Positions 15,513 to 29,342 of a stretch of DNA of 64,000 bases are shown here, one piece after another. Numbering within the stretch: position 1 is the stretch's first letter; each line of letters begins with the position of its first letter. The position numbers and the translations under genes were made by a program. Origin of the DNA: the human T2T-CHM13v2.0 reference genome, Homo sapiens; the NCBI RefSeq assembly GCF_009914755.1, contig NC_060935.1, one strand, 5' to 3'. The notes beneath the pieces are model-generated. The model was not told the DNA's origin and did no database searches. It was given only the letters and a program-made list of their open reading frames with translations.

Positions 15513-15900
15513 ATTCATTCATTCATTTAACAAAGTATATTTATATATCTGAAATTATGCTGGGTCTGGCAATAAGACGAAAAAGATATATCCCTTCTGT
15601 CAAGGAGTTGGTACACAATTACAATACAGTGTGATGAGTGTGATAATAGATCTATATAGAGAGAAACTCTGCCTCTAAAAGTCATGCACGTTCAAGAACT
15701 TAGTATTAAAGTGTGAGTTCATGTCGACCAGGGAGATAAAGCAGGGAATAGCATATGCAAAGTCACAGAGGCTTGGAATAATATAGCATATTTGAAGAAC
15801 ACAAAGGTGTTCAGTATAACTATAATGAAAGTTCCTTATTGGAACACTGAAGAAGATAAAGTTTTAAACATGGAAAGGAGACAGAAAATATCAATTGCAC
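15513..15900 (-). mobile_element. L2 3' fragment
   Basis: attcattcattcatttaacaaa tail followed by ccttctgtcaaggag. Confidence 0.65.
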
Positions 15901-16755
15901 ATCACTAGAGATAAATTAATAAAAATATTGAAACAGATTAGGCTGTGGTAAAATTCTAGCTCTTTCTAAACATAACTAAAAAATACATCCTTTTTTTTCT
16001 GGATATTTAAGTGATATATTAGCTAGTGTAATGCAATATTGTCAAAACAAGAAATAGCATCTTCCATTCTTGGATGGGTCATGAATGGGGGAAGAATATT
16101 TATTACAAAATAGGAAGAAAAATGAGATATAATTGAAGAATTATTAATATAGAATAAAATTTCACAGCTATTAAGAAAAAACCACCATAACATTTATATA
16201 TTAAGCAATCAGGAGCAAATAACAATAACAGTGGCAGTTTTCACATTAGTGTGTACTCTGTACTAACACAGCTAAAGATACGTCGTGACCTACCAACAGA
16301 AAAAAATCTCCATCTTCTGAAATCTGTCAGTAGTAATTTCCAAATATTCATCCGTTACAATTGCAAAGGGAAACTTAAAAAAGAAATCTAGACTTCTCAG
16401 CTCTATTTTAGAACATGTGGATATGTGACTAGGGAACAAAAATGTTAACTGGACATTTTAAAAACAGAACAGAAATCTTTAGATTATGCTAAAATAATGC
16501 CAGATTTAGCTACCTCAGTCCTATAAATGTGTGTGTCATTTCTATAATGCATTGCATCTTTCAAAAGTCTTAATAATATTATGCATACAAATCTCCTCTG
16601 TTGAATATGTTTTATTCTGTTTGTTAATTTCTGTATCTAAAACATTGCCTAACATTATGTCTGACATTTGTGAATACTTGTTTAATAAATACATTTGTTT
16701 TTTCAATCAATATTCAAAAATCTATATGTATATGTATGTGTTTAAAAGTATATAT

Positions 16756-17964
16756 GATGCAGAAAACTGAAACTGGACCCCTTCCCTACACCTTATACAA
16801 AAATTAACTCAAGATGGATTAAAGACTTAAACATAAGACTTAAAACCATAAAAACCCTAGAAGAAAACCTAAGCAATACCATTCAGGACATAGGCATGGA
16901 CAAAGACTTCATAACTAAAACACCAAAAGCAATGGCAACAAAAGCCAAAAATTGACAAATGGGATCTAATTAAACTAAAGAGCTTCTGCACAGCAATATC
17001 AATATCATCAGAGTGAACAGGCAACCTACAGAATGGGAGAAAATTTTTGCAATCTATCCATCTGACAAAAGGATAATATCCGGAATCGACAAGAAACTTA
17101 AACAAATTCACAAGAAAAAAAACAACCCCATCAAAAAGTCGGTGAAGGATATGAACAAACACTTCTCAAAAGAAGACATTTATGCGGCCAACAAACATAT
17201 GAAAAAGAGCTCATCATCACTGGTCATTAGAGAAATGCAAATTAAAACCACAATGAGATACCATCTCACACCAGTTAGAATGGCGATCATTAAAAAGTCA
17301 GGAAACAACAGATGCTGGACAGGATGTGGAGAAATAGGAACACTTTTACACGGTTGTTGGGAGTGTAAATTAGTTCAACCATTGTGGAAGACAGTGTGGC
17401 ATTTCCTCAAGGATCTAGAACCAGAAATACCATTTGACCCAGCAATCCCATTACTGAGTATATTCCCAAAGGATTATAAATCATTCTGCTATAAAGACAT
17501 ATGCACACGTATGTTTATTCCAGCACTGTTCACAATAGCAAAGACTTGAAACCAACCCAAATGCCCATCAATGATAGACTGGATAAAGTAAATTTGGCAC
17601 ATATACACCATAGAATACTATGCAGCCATAACAAAGGATGAGTTCACGTCATTTGCAGGGACATGGATGAAGCTGGAAGCCATCATCCTCAGCAAACTAA
17701 CACAGGAACAGAAAACCAAACACCGCATGTTCTCACTCATAAGTGGGAGTTGAGCAATGAGAACACATGGACACAGGGAGGGGAACATCACACAACGGGG
17801 CCTGTCGGGGGTTGAGGGGCTAAGGGAGGGAATAGCATTAGGAGAAATGCCTAATGTAGATGAGGGGTTGATGGGTGCAGCAACCTACCATGGCATGTGT
17901 ATGCCTATGTAACAAACCTGCATGTTCTGCACATGTATCCCAGAACTTAAAGTATAATAATAAA
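16756..17964 (+). mobile_element. 5'-truncated L1PA (about PA7-PA10), ORF2 C-terminus plus 3'UTR
   Basis: ORF 17013-17549 translates as L1 ORF2 C-terminus; 3'UTR and A tail; exact TSD aaaagtatata. Confidence 0.95.
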
Positions 17965-18504
17965 AAAAGTATATACAGTAATAGATATTTTTTCTCTCAG
18001 CATTTATTATGCTTCTCTCAGTTATATAAACAACATTTTATTTACTAGCTTTCCAAGTTTTCAGAATGTCCATTTATTGTTATTGAAGTATAATAGATTT
18101 TCCTCCTCACAACTAATTACTGCCTGATAGTATATATGATATACAATGTGGTTCAGATATATAATAATTCAATACCATTGTTTGTATTTTGATCTACTGA
18201 AGTGAATATAATCATACTGCACCAAATATTAGATCAAAACATTCTTCACACTTCAGTAATGTTTATTTATTGTGAAATTTAAGTGATAAAATTAGATTTA
18301 CTGGGCATTAGGCCTATAAAACTAAGACATTTTTCTCTGTAACTCTAATCAGAAATAATCTGTCAAGAAGCAGTCAATTTATCTGGATAATTTGGTTAAT
18401 TAAGTGAAATGTGCTCCAAATTCAATTAATTTTCATGAATTCAGTTTAGATTCTATAAATACATTATTTTAGTCATATTTAGATTTATTTCTTCATTTAA
18501 TTTA

Positions 18505-18660
18505 GTACAACACACCTATGAGCTAGGTTCTATAATTTCCATTTGATAAGTGATAAAATGAATGCCCTAAGAGTTTAAGTAGTTGTTCCATGGTCACACA
18601 GTTAGTATAGCACAGCCAAATATAGGATTTGGACCTAAATCTGTCCTTTCTGACTTCATC
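18505..18660 (-). mobile_element. MIR
   Basis: aagtagttgttccatggtcacacagttagt...ggatttggaccta. Confidence 0.75.
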
Positions 18661-19382
18661 TAACTTCATTCCATGAGTAATACATAATTGGGGAAAAATT
18701 CTTAAGGAAATTCTGTGAAAATCTACCATTGTATGTGATTATGTGATTGCCTACAACTTATCTGCAAACCTGAAACACTTAGGCTTAAAAATTTTTTTTA
18801 ACTTAATTGGACCCAATCTCAGATTTCTAAATTACTGAGAGGGTCCAGAGAGATGATTTGATAAAATTTCTCACAACTGTCTGTGACTTACCTAGATTAA
18901 GAAATGATAGACTGTGGAAGACTTGAATTGCCCAAATGCAACAGTTGATCAACTACTGTAATTTATGAGGTTTGTAAGTTAAGTATTTGTCTAGAAACAA
19001 ATGATAATAGAAGGCAACGTATGTTCTTTATAATTTATTTTCTATCATTAAAGCTGGAAAAGTTTTGATTCATTGACAAATATATGATTTTTTGTCTTTC
19101 ATATATATAAGCAGATATAAAATACTTACTGCATAATTAAATTCCATATACATACATATGTGTGTATTATATGTACTTATGCATAATTTGACATTACATG
19201 ATAAAGCTGATGTCAAATAGATATTGATGTTTGTTTGCCAAAACAGATACTTTGCTTTGGTATCCTTGATTCAATTTTTGATTCAGCGGAAATTTTCTAT
19301 ATGTTTTGTCAAAATTCCTATGCCTGACATGAAATAAATTAAACTCCATTTTAACTTTCAGGATTTAAGATTAAAGATGAAA

Positions 19383-19686
19383 GGCCAGGCACTGTAATTA
19401 GAGATTACAGTGGCTCACGCCTGTAATCCTAGCACTTTGGGAGGCTGAGACAGGCGGATCATGAGGTCATGAGTTCCAAACCAGCCTGACCAACGTGGTG
19501 AAACCCTGTGTCTACTAAAAATACAAAAATTAGCAGGGCATGGTGATGCACACCTGTAATCCCAGCTACTCAGGAGGCTGAGGCAGGAGAATTGCTTGAA
19601 CCCAGGAGGTAGAAGTTGCAGTGAGCCAAGATCGCACTATTGTACTCGAGCCTGGGTGACAGAGTGAGACTCCATACCAAAAAAGG
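19383..19686 (+). mobile_element. AluS (Sg-like) with a 16-nt insertion near the 5' end
   Basis: Full Alu; TSD aagattaaagatgaaa/aagattagagatgaaa. Confidence 0.92.
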
Positions 19687-19973
19687 AAAGATTAGAGATG
19701 AAATATCCACAGTGTTTCTATGGTGCGTTTAATTTAAAAATAATTTCATAGATTATCCTTTGGAAGAGGTTAATGGTATTTACTGTTTTAGTAAATCTCT
19801 TTGAGATTTGAGAAAAACACAGTGCTTATATACCATTCTCATTAAGCAAATTCTTGTGCATGAGAACTTTTATATATATGACATGTTTCAATATGTCTTA
19901 TAACTGATTCCACATAGAGCAATGTGGTAAAAGTGGAGCTAACAGAGCTATTTTAGTTGTTTATATATTACAG

Positions 19974-20269
19974 ATTTTCTGTCTATCAAAATAAAATCAA
20001 TAACAGCATTCAAATCAACCAGAGCCAAATGAACTACCAACATAAGTAAAAGATAGTGGATTTCCTCTATGTGCATTTTTATATTCATTAAAACATCTAA
20101 TAATACTCTCATGTTGTCATGATGGCTGTGATTTTCTTTTAATGCCGTTTGATATGCCCTTCACAAAAAGGCAAAATCAAGACTCATCAATATTTAGCAG
20201 CTGAGAATCTCTACTGAAGACAATCAAAAATATTTGGGAAGATTTATGTCAACATCTGAAGCAGCAAAG
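19974..20269 (+). pseudogene. Candidate exon A of a decayed multi-exon gene
   Basis: Donor AAG|GTAAAG; possible acceptor ttatatattacag| (alternative near 20197/20200); from 20046 reads VKDSGF...IFSS*ESLLKTIKNIWEDLCQHLKQQR with one stop. Confidence 0.45.
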
Positions 20270-20679
20270 GTAAAGAATATTTACCTTCATAGACTGTAGC
20301 AATGATTTTGAATGAACCTGCACATGCCACATTTTAACCTATTAATGAGGATCATGTGGGTGAAATAAGACTTTTCTTGTCTTATTAATTCAAATGCCAA
20401 ACTAGGCACGTTGACAGTTTGCTTATTAAACTGACTCCAGACTCACCGTACACAGAGATCTGTGGACTACACTTTGTTTACTTTACAAGAATTTTGTTTT
20501 TGTTTAAAAATTTCTGAGATGTTTATTTAAACTGAATTTCCATAGTGAGAATAAAGATTGTTAAACAGAATTCTGCATTTTATGTGAAAAACAGCTTGTA
20601 AATATGGATTATCTTTCCATGTATTAACTATATTAATAAACTCACATTGCTAAATATGTAATTAATACATGATCAAATA

Positions 20680-20990
20680 TCCTGGAATGCCCCCTCTTCT
20701 CTCTGATTACATGAACCTAATCAACTTTCTATGATTAATGTAAATCCAACTTCATTTCTGAATTCACACACCCCATCTCAGACTGGACAAATCTCTCCCT
20801 ACCCCAAACTCATAATCATTATGATCTTATCTAGGAGTCTTAATCAATAAGTCACAATATGCTGATTCATAATTATTACTTTGAAGTCTATCACATACAA
20901 TTTACTACTAGTCCTGTGTCTAGATAGTATTTGACTAGATAGATATGTGTTGAATAGATAAGTTAAATAAATGAATAAGATAATGAATAA
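20680..20990 (+). mobile_element. L2 3' fragment
   Basis: cctggaatgcccc... and terminal tgttgaata...aataaatgaataa. Confidence 0.55.
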
Positions 20991-21720
20991 ATATAGAATA
21001 ATAAACTCAAAGCTGATAAATTTAATTTTTAACAAAAACAACATATGACAAAGCTTGTTACTCTAATGAAGACATTTTATCACTTTGTCTATTAATATAG
21101 ATTTTGGCATCAGAAAAATAAGGTTAGATTTTGAGCAAATGTCTGTCAGAATAACTATATATGTGAACATGCACACTGAAGTGTGCCATACATGATGTCA
21201 CTTTGTCATAGCAAGAAAAAAAGTTCAATAGCGTTCAATGTCAGTGAAAAATACTTAAAAAGGGGTAGAAATGAGCTAGGACATTTTAGGTTCTAGTCCT
21301 GGATTTTCTATCATTTAATGATTATATGACTCTAATTGTCTGAAAGATGGTGAAGTTGAAGAAATATGAAGCCTAAGTATTTGCTGCAGCTTTGACATTA
21401 TTGAATATAGTGGAAGGGTAGACCTTAAATTGAATAGGAGGAAAGGGTGAATGAGAGAGATTGGATGAAAAGTGGCAGACATAGGTCCATCCATATTCTT
21501 CCCCAGTCTCTTTGTAGCCATTGCAGTGATGTCCTTCCTTCTGTGTGTCTGAGATCATAGTGAGAGTCAGTGCAGGTAGAAATGGTGTTCATAGACTTCA
21601 TAGAAGGGGAAGCATATGAAACTAATAGTAGAGAATACATTGCATTTGTACAATTGAAAAAAAAATAGAAGGCATTCTAGATACATCTCAAATAAACACT
21701 GGCCTTTTCCATTATTCTAG

Positions 21721-21792
21721 GTTGAACCCCACCTCAGGCCAACTCTTCTTCCAAACAAAGTGGAATTGGAGTTAATTCAAGCTCAACTCAAG
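21721..21792 (+). pseudogene. Candidate exon B (72 nt)
   Basis: Strong acceptor ccttttccattattctag| and donor AAG|GTGAGG; length divisible by 3; unique sequence. Confidence 0.6.
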
Positions 21793-22220
21793 GTGAGGAA
21801 TATTCTACTCTACTGTCTTTTACTGTCAACTTGGCTATGACTAAAAAGCCACAGAATTCCACTTCTGGCTAATGCTGCATATCATACAGAGGCATCTTTG
21901 TTCTAGGCTTGTGTATACTTCCCTCTCATCTGTCATGTTCTCACGGTTGTAAGTGGAGGGAAGAACATCAATGTGGCAGGAGTGAGCCTGCTGAGAATTT
22001 GAGCAAGGTTTCACACTGCTTACATATAAAACATAGATTCTTGCCAAGTCTCATTTCTAACTATTTAACTTTATAATGATGTGGTACTTGGTGTGTATGC
22101 CTCTTGATAAACTTAATTCAGTGCCATTAGAACATCATCATTTGCCAACAGATGATGGATCTTTAAAACCCAATAACAAGTCAGGACAGGAAATTTTTCT
22201 CAAAGAAAAACCCAAAATTC

Positions 22221-22521
22221 TTTTTTTTTTTTTTTTTAATTGAGACGGAGTCTTGCTCTGTCGCCCAGGCTGGAGTGCAGTGGCACGATCTCGGCTCACT
22301 GCAAGCTCCGCTTCCCGGGTTCAGCCATTCTCCTGCCTCAGTCTCCCGAGTACCTGGGACTACAAGCGCCTGCCACCAAGTCTGGCTAATTTTTTGTATT
22401 TTTAGTAGATACGGGGTTTCACTGCATTAGCCAGGATGGTCTCAATCTCCTGACCTTGTGATCCGCCTGCCTCGGCCTCCTAAAGTGCCAGGATTACAGG
22501 CGTGAGCCACCGCGCCCAGCC
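22221..22521 (-). mobile_element. AluY
   Basis: Y diagnostics; TSD c(c/a)aaattctt. Confidence 0.92.
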
Positions 22522-22579
22522 CCCAAATTCTTAAAACAAAGCTTTGAGCTCCCAAAGGCTTACTTATCAGGATAGTCTT

Positions 22580-23308
22580 AATGGGCTCTCTTGTCTTTTG
22601 CCCTCTGTAGTTTCAGTAAATGTAAGACTGAGGACAAGAGAAAAGTGAGAGTGGAAATTTTATTTCTCTTGCCCATTTCCTACTGGGAAGCTATATGTTG
22701 TATTCACTCTTTATCCCAAAGTCAAAACTCATGGCTGTTGTAGACTCTTGGCTTCTATAAATGTTCCTTCATCTTCTGCCTTGAGGCTTAGAAGTGGTGA
22801 TAGCTCCCCAGTGTTGTTGTTTTGCTAGTCCTAGTGAAACGCGCTATTCTGTGTTGATATCCTGAAACCCTATCAACACATTTTGCACATGCAGTCATGA
22901 GCCTCATCAGAACATTTCAGTCAAGGATGGACCACATGTTTATCAGTGGTCCCAAGAGATTATAATACCATGTTTTAACTGTACCTTTTCTATGCCTAGA
23001 TATGTTTAGATACACAAATACATACCATTGTGTTAAAAATGCCTATAGTATTTAGTGTAATAATGCCATACAGGTTTGAAGCCTAGGAGAAATAGGCTAT
23101 ATCAAATAGCCTAATGTATAGGTTATACTTTCTAGGTTTGTGTCAGTACATTCTGTGATGTTCTCACAATGAAAAAAAATCGCCACATAATGCATTTCTC
23201 AGAACACATTGTCACTGTTATGCAGCACATGGCAGTAGTCTCTTTAGTAAACTTCTAAATTGTCTAATTGGAATGTGCATGCATATCCTGCCGGGATTGT
23301 CACCAGTA
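22580..23308 (+). mobile_element. LTR33-like ERVL LTR interrupted by Tigger3a
   Basis: gagagtggaaattttatttctc... and 3' end ...tcctgccgggattgtcaccagta resemble recalled LTR33. Confidence 0.5.
22892..23235. mobile_element. Tigger3a (MER7A) MITE
   Basis: TIR-like ends cagtcatg...catggcag; internal ggtcccaagagattataatacc...gtttagatacacaaatac. Confidence 0.85.
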
Positions 23309-23443
23309 AGTTAATTTTAGGAAAATAAATGATGCTGGGTTGTGTAGTCTGATGGTTGTAAATTCAAAATTGGGATTTTACTTTAAGAGAGATGAGATTA
23401 ACAAATCTGCACATGTATCCTTTGCATCTAAAATAAAGAATAG

Positions 23444-23446
<3 letters not shown>

Positions 23447-23474
<28 letters not shown>
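23447..23474. repeat. (TA)n microsatellite
   Basis: Directly visible. Confidence 0.95.
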
Positions 23475-23477
<3 letters not shown>

Positions 23478-24079
23478 TAAAAGTTGTTAGGATGTAGCAA
23501 AAAAAAGGGGCAAGGATGACACCTTTCATCCTTCCAGACACACTAATATAAAGGAGGCAGCAAGATAAATATCTACGCTTAATTAGGGTGGCAAACAGTA
23601 TTCTTAGTGAAGAGTAAGAACGTGAAGAAAAAGTTTTCATTTGATTAAGAACACAAAGATTGGAGAAGTTAAAGATACAGAGGGTTTGCTGCTCAGTCTA
23701 GAGGCATCTTGGAAGGGGTATTAATGCAGTCTGAAAAGTGAATGTATGAAACTATATGAGAACTTCAGAATAGCTATGGATACGACATCTGGATTACTTA
23801 GAGTGACTGACAAAGATCAGTGATAAAAGGTATGGTAACATTAATTCTGATTGTTTCAAACAGACAATGATTGTGAAAAGATGATGGGAGAGGGAAGAGC
23901 ATCAGTGATTAACAGATGTACAGAGGTTTTTAACAGCCTTTAGACTCAGTGGATGCATGGGTAGGGGGAGAGAGGAGGTTGATTATGTGGGAAGTGTGGA
24001 GTTCTCCTTTGACCCTTTCCATTAAAGACAGTTTGAAGAAATAATATGAAATCTATGCTACCTTTAGGAAGCATTCTTA

Positions 24080-25240
24080 AATAAAACTGCTATGAGAAAT
24101 TACCTCACAAATTAAAATAGCTATTATAAAAAAGACGAGATATATGTAGGCAAAGGTGTGAAGAAAAAGGAAGCCTAGCACACTGTTGGTGAAGATGCAG
24201 GTTGGTACAGCCATTATGGAAAATAGTATGGAGGTTCCTAAAGATATTAAATATAGTACTACCACACTGCCTGGCAGTTCTCCTTCTGGGTATATATATG
24301 CCCAAAGGAGATGAAATCATCACCTTGTAAAGAAACCTGCACATTCAAGTTCATTGGAGCATTATGAATAATAACCGAGAAATGTAAACAACTTGAATGT
24401 CTGCTGATGGACAAATGGATATAAAAATATATATGTATACAAGAGAGTATTACTGGCCAGGCACGGTGGCTCATGCCTGTAATCCCAGCACTTTGAGAGG
24501 CCGAGGTGGCTGGATCACTTGAGGTCAGGAGTTCAACACCAGCCTGGCCAACATGGCAAAACCCCGTCTCTACTAGAAATACAAAAATCAGCTGGGCATG
24601 GTGGCACGTGACTGTAATCCCAGCTACTCGGGAGGCTGAGGCACGAGAATTGCTTGAATCAAGGAGGTGGAGGTGGCAGTGAGCCGTTTCACTCCAGTCT
24701 GTGTGATAGAGCAAGACGTCTCAAGTCTCAAAAAAAAAAAAAAAAAAAGAGAGAGTATTATTTAGCCTTAGAAATAAAGGCTATCCTAGCATTTGCAACA
24801 GCATGGATGAACCCGGAGGACATTATGCTAAGTGAAATAAGAAAGAAAAATATTGCATGATCTCTCTTATATGAAAAACCTGAAAAAAAAAAGAAAAAAG
24901 GAAGATCAATACACAGGTATAGATAATAAAACAATGGTGACCAGGGGCGAGAAGGGGAGCAGGGGAAGAAAATGGGAAGATGTAGGTCGTAGAATGCAAA
25001 GAAGCAGATATGTAGGATGAGCAAGTCTAGAGGTCTAATGTATAGCATGAGTACTACAGCTAATAAAATTGTATTATATTTGTGATTTTGGTTAAATAAA
25101 TAGATTTCAGCTGCTCTTGTCACAAAAAAGTATGTGAGATGACACATAACTTACTTCACTATAGTATCATTTTACTCTATATATATCCCATAACATCATG
25201 TTATAAACCTCAAATACACACAATAAAATTTGTTTTAAAA
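24080..25240 (+). mobile_element. L1MA 3' end interrupted by an Alu
   Basis: ORF2-end and 3'UTR motifs (atttgcaacagcatggatgaacccggaggacattatgctaagtgaaataa). Confidence 0.85.
24455..24748 (+). mobile_element. AluSx-like
   Basis: Full Alu with small right-arm deletion; TSD agagagtatta. Confidence 0.92.
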
Positions 25241-26742
25241 ACATATTTTAAATATGAAGACACATGTAGTTGGAGTTTATAAGCATGGGGAAAATATACT
25301 ATATAAACATAACCAAAAGGAAGCTAGTATGACATAATTAAGATTATAGAGAGTAGAATTTAAGGTAAGAAGAAATTTATCATTTCACATTAATAAAATG
25401 ATAAACTTAACATGAAAATTAAATTAAAGTATATGAAATTAGTGTATACACACTAATATAGTTTCAAAATATTTAAAGAAAAAGATGACAAAAAGATGAA
25501 GATGAAAGGAGAGATAGACAAAGCCAAATTCCTATTTGGTGGTTTTAATACTTTTCTGTTAGAAATTAATAAAGGAGAAGGCAAATAGCTAATAAGGATA
25601 TAAAAGACTTGAATAATAAGATAATCTAAATAGCCAATTTACAAAATTAGAACACTATATATCACATGATAATGTCATGAATTATATTCATTGGTTTGCA
25701 AAAATAATCAAGCTTTAGAGGATACATACTCTTTTACATGCACATAGATTATTTCCAAAAATATATCATATTCTGGGCCATAAGGCAAGTCTCTCTCTCT
25801 CCCTTTCTCTGTCTCTTGCTAAAGGTAGAAGTGATACCGTGAATATTTCCTAATCACTGAAGAATTACATTTCAATCACAAAAATATAAGTATAAAATCA
25901 TCAAATATTTGGAAATTAAATAATACATTTTAGATAAGGAATACATCAAAGTATAAAAATTTAGAAAATGTTTTCAGTTGAATGGTAATAAAAATATTTT
26001 AAAATCATACTTAGAGACAACGTTAGAGCTTCAAGTATACATATTTGAAAATAAGAAAGATTTAAAATCAAATATATGAACTTTTAACTCCAAAATGTAA
26101 AATAAAGCTACTGAAATCCAAGGAAGTAGAAAAAGTAAGTAATAAAATAAATAAAAAATGGGAATTTAAAACAGATAAAATTAATGAGTCCAAATTTGAA
26201 TATTTGAAGACAAAAGTAAATTTGATCCATAGCAAGGCTAATCAGTATTAAAGGCAGAGAAGACACAAATGGTAAGAATCAAGGTCAAAAAATTGCATGT
26301 TTACATATCCTATACAGTTAAAAGATAACAAGAGAATATGAATAAGAATAGCTATATCCAATATTTGGTAATTTAGGATTAACAAATTGCTTGAAAAACA
26401 CAAGTAACCAAGACAATAATGAAAAAACAAATAGAAAATATATATATACAAATTTATATCCATTAAAATTTTGAATTCACAATTTTAAAACTCCCCAAAG
26501 TAAAATTTCAGATCTGGATGGCTTTAGAGGTGCATAATTTTAAACACATAAGAGATTATAATATTAATCTTTTGTTTTTAACAAACATATCCATGAAGAA
26601 AATAAAAGGGAGCACTTTACAACTTGTTTTATGAAGCCAGAAAAATTCTGGTAACAAAACATGACAAGGATATTACAAGAATGCAAATTATAGGCACATA
26701 TCATGCAAAACTATATGTCAGCACCTTAAAAGATTAGCCATA

Positions 26743-26798
26743 AGATATACAATCATGTCATCTGCAAACAGGGACAATTTGACTTCCTCTTTTCCTAA
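26743..26798 (-). mobile_element. 56-bp internal fragment of a young L1PA (RT active-site region), inserted antisense
   Basis: agatatacaatcatgtcatctgcaaacagggacaatttgacttcctcttttcctaa is nearly identical to recalled young L1 antisense ORF2. Confidence 0.85.
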
Positions 26799-27231
26799 GA
26801 ACAGAAACATTTTTTAAGTGAACACTTCATAGCCAATTTTAATTTATAGTAGTAATACAAGAACTGTTTAACATTAAAACAAATGAGCCAAAAGAGTAGT
26901 GTTTATCCTTGGAGTACAAAAATGGTTTAAAATTTCTGAAAAATCAATGTAATTCAACACATTAACATAGTTAAGGTAAAAGTTATAACTCTAGATGCAC
27001 AAAAAATACCTGAAATATTTCAAAATTCTTATAAAAAACTTTTAGTAAACTAAGAAAAGAAAACAGAATCTCACAAATGATACCTACAATATTCCTACAG
27101 TAATATTATATTCTGTGATGTAGTATTGAACACTTTCTCTTAAGATCTCAAATAAGACAATGATATTCACTACCATCATCCCTACTTGGCCATACCCTGG
27201 AGTTCCTTCCTAAAGAAATCAAGAAAAAAAT

Positions 27232-27282
27232 TGTGTGTGTGTATATATATATATATGTATGTATGTATGTATATACATATAT
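27232..27282. repeat. (TG)n(TA)n(TATG)n microsatellite
   Basis: Directly visible. Confidence 0.9.
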
Positions 27283-28340
27283 GGAAGAAGTACAGCTGTC
27301 TGTATTTGCAGATGATGTGATTATATGTAAGAAACATCCAAAATAATCTAAACTAAGGAGTCCTCATAGCACACAGTAGCATGTGTGACTCCAAAGTAAT
27401 CTAAAAGTAATGAACAGAATTAATAACTGAATTTTAAAATTTGGCAGATACAAGGTCATGAAAATGAATTTGAGATAAATGAAATACACTTAAACGTCTA
27501 AAACAGAAAGTTTCTAAAAAAAGTCAAAAATATTTTCACAGTATTAATACAAGCACAATTTTTTCATAGAAAACAAACAGCAGTAACCATGAAAGGAAAA
27601 ATGATAAATTGAACTTAAAGTTTTCTGCACTACAAAATATGCATTTTTAAAAATAGGCAATTTACATACATTGTGGAAACTATTGTTTCCCATGTCTATT
27701 TAAATTGTATATTTAACTTAATGTAATTATTGTTATATATAATATGTACACTGTAAATCTAGTTCTTTGTCATACACATGGCAAAGAAAGATTTTCTTTA
27801 ATATTTAAACAACTCTTAAAAATTAACAATAAAATGTCAGTTACCCAGTTTAAAAAATCAGCAAATGTACAGACTGACAATTCATAAAAGGAGATATGTG
27901 AATAATTGCAAAACGTGTAAAAAGGTGTTCACATTGAGAGTTCCTTTACATTCTAATGGATGGATTTGTAAAAAATAAATAAAAACGGATAAACCCGAAT
28001 GTTGGCAACAATGAGGAACAACTTGAACATTCCTACATTATTGGTGAGAACATAAAATAACCTATTTGGAATCAGTAATGTGTTCTAATTTTCATATCTG
28101 AATAAACCTAAATAAATATTGACTGTAAAAGCAATATAAGATATATTTTGTTCCTTAAATATGTATATAAATTAGTAGATCAGTAGGTATAAATGGAAAT
28201 ACATGCCACCAAAACATGCAAGATGGCAGATTAATTGTAGTTAAAATATTAGAAGTCTTTGGAAATTTTCAGGAGATCTAAAAGTACTTAATACATTTTC
28301 ATAAATTAAAAATGCACATTGTATTCTCTATTGTAAATCA

Positions 28341-28764
<424 letters not shown>

Positions 28765-29048
28765 AGTAGTAGATTAAGGCACAAATAAATTAATAATCCA
28801 TTTAAAGTAAAAGCACAAGATATTCTAAATAAATAGCAAAAATTTCTAATGGAATAATAAAAAAAGAGCTTACTGTATACTGGTTTTAAAAGACAAATTC
28901 AGGAGAGAAAGCATTTAAAAATAAAATGATAGAAACTATGCAAGCATTAACCAAAAGGGACCTGGTATAGAAAGAGTAGTACCAAAGTAGTTTTTAAGCC
29001 AGTATGCATTACTAAAATCAAGGAGAAATATTTAATAACAAAATCAGG

Positions 29049-29342
<294 letters not shown>

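Larger units (their letters stand above)
25280..28070 (+). mobile_element. Highly decayed old L1M ORF2
   Basis: EN-to-RT remnants including tttgcagatgatgtgatt (FADD) near 27305. Confidence 0.75.
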
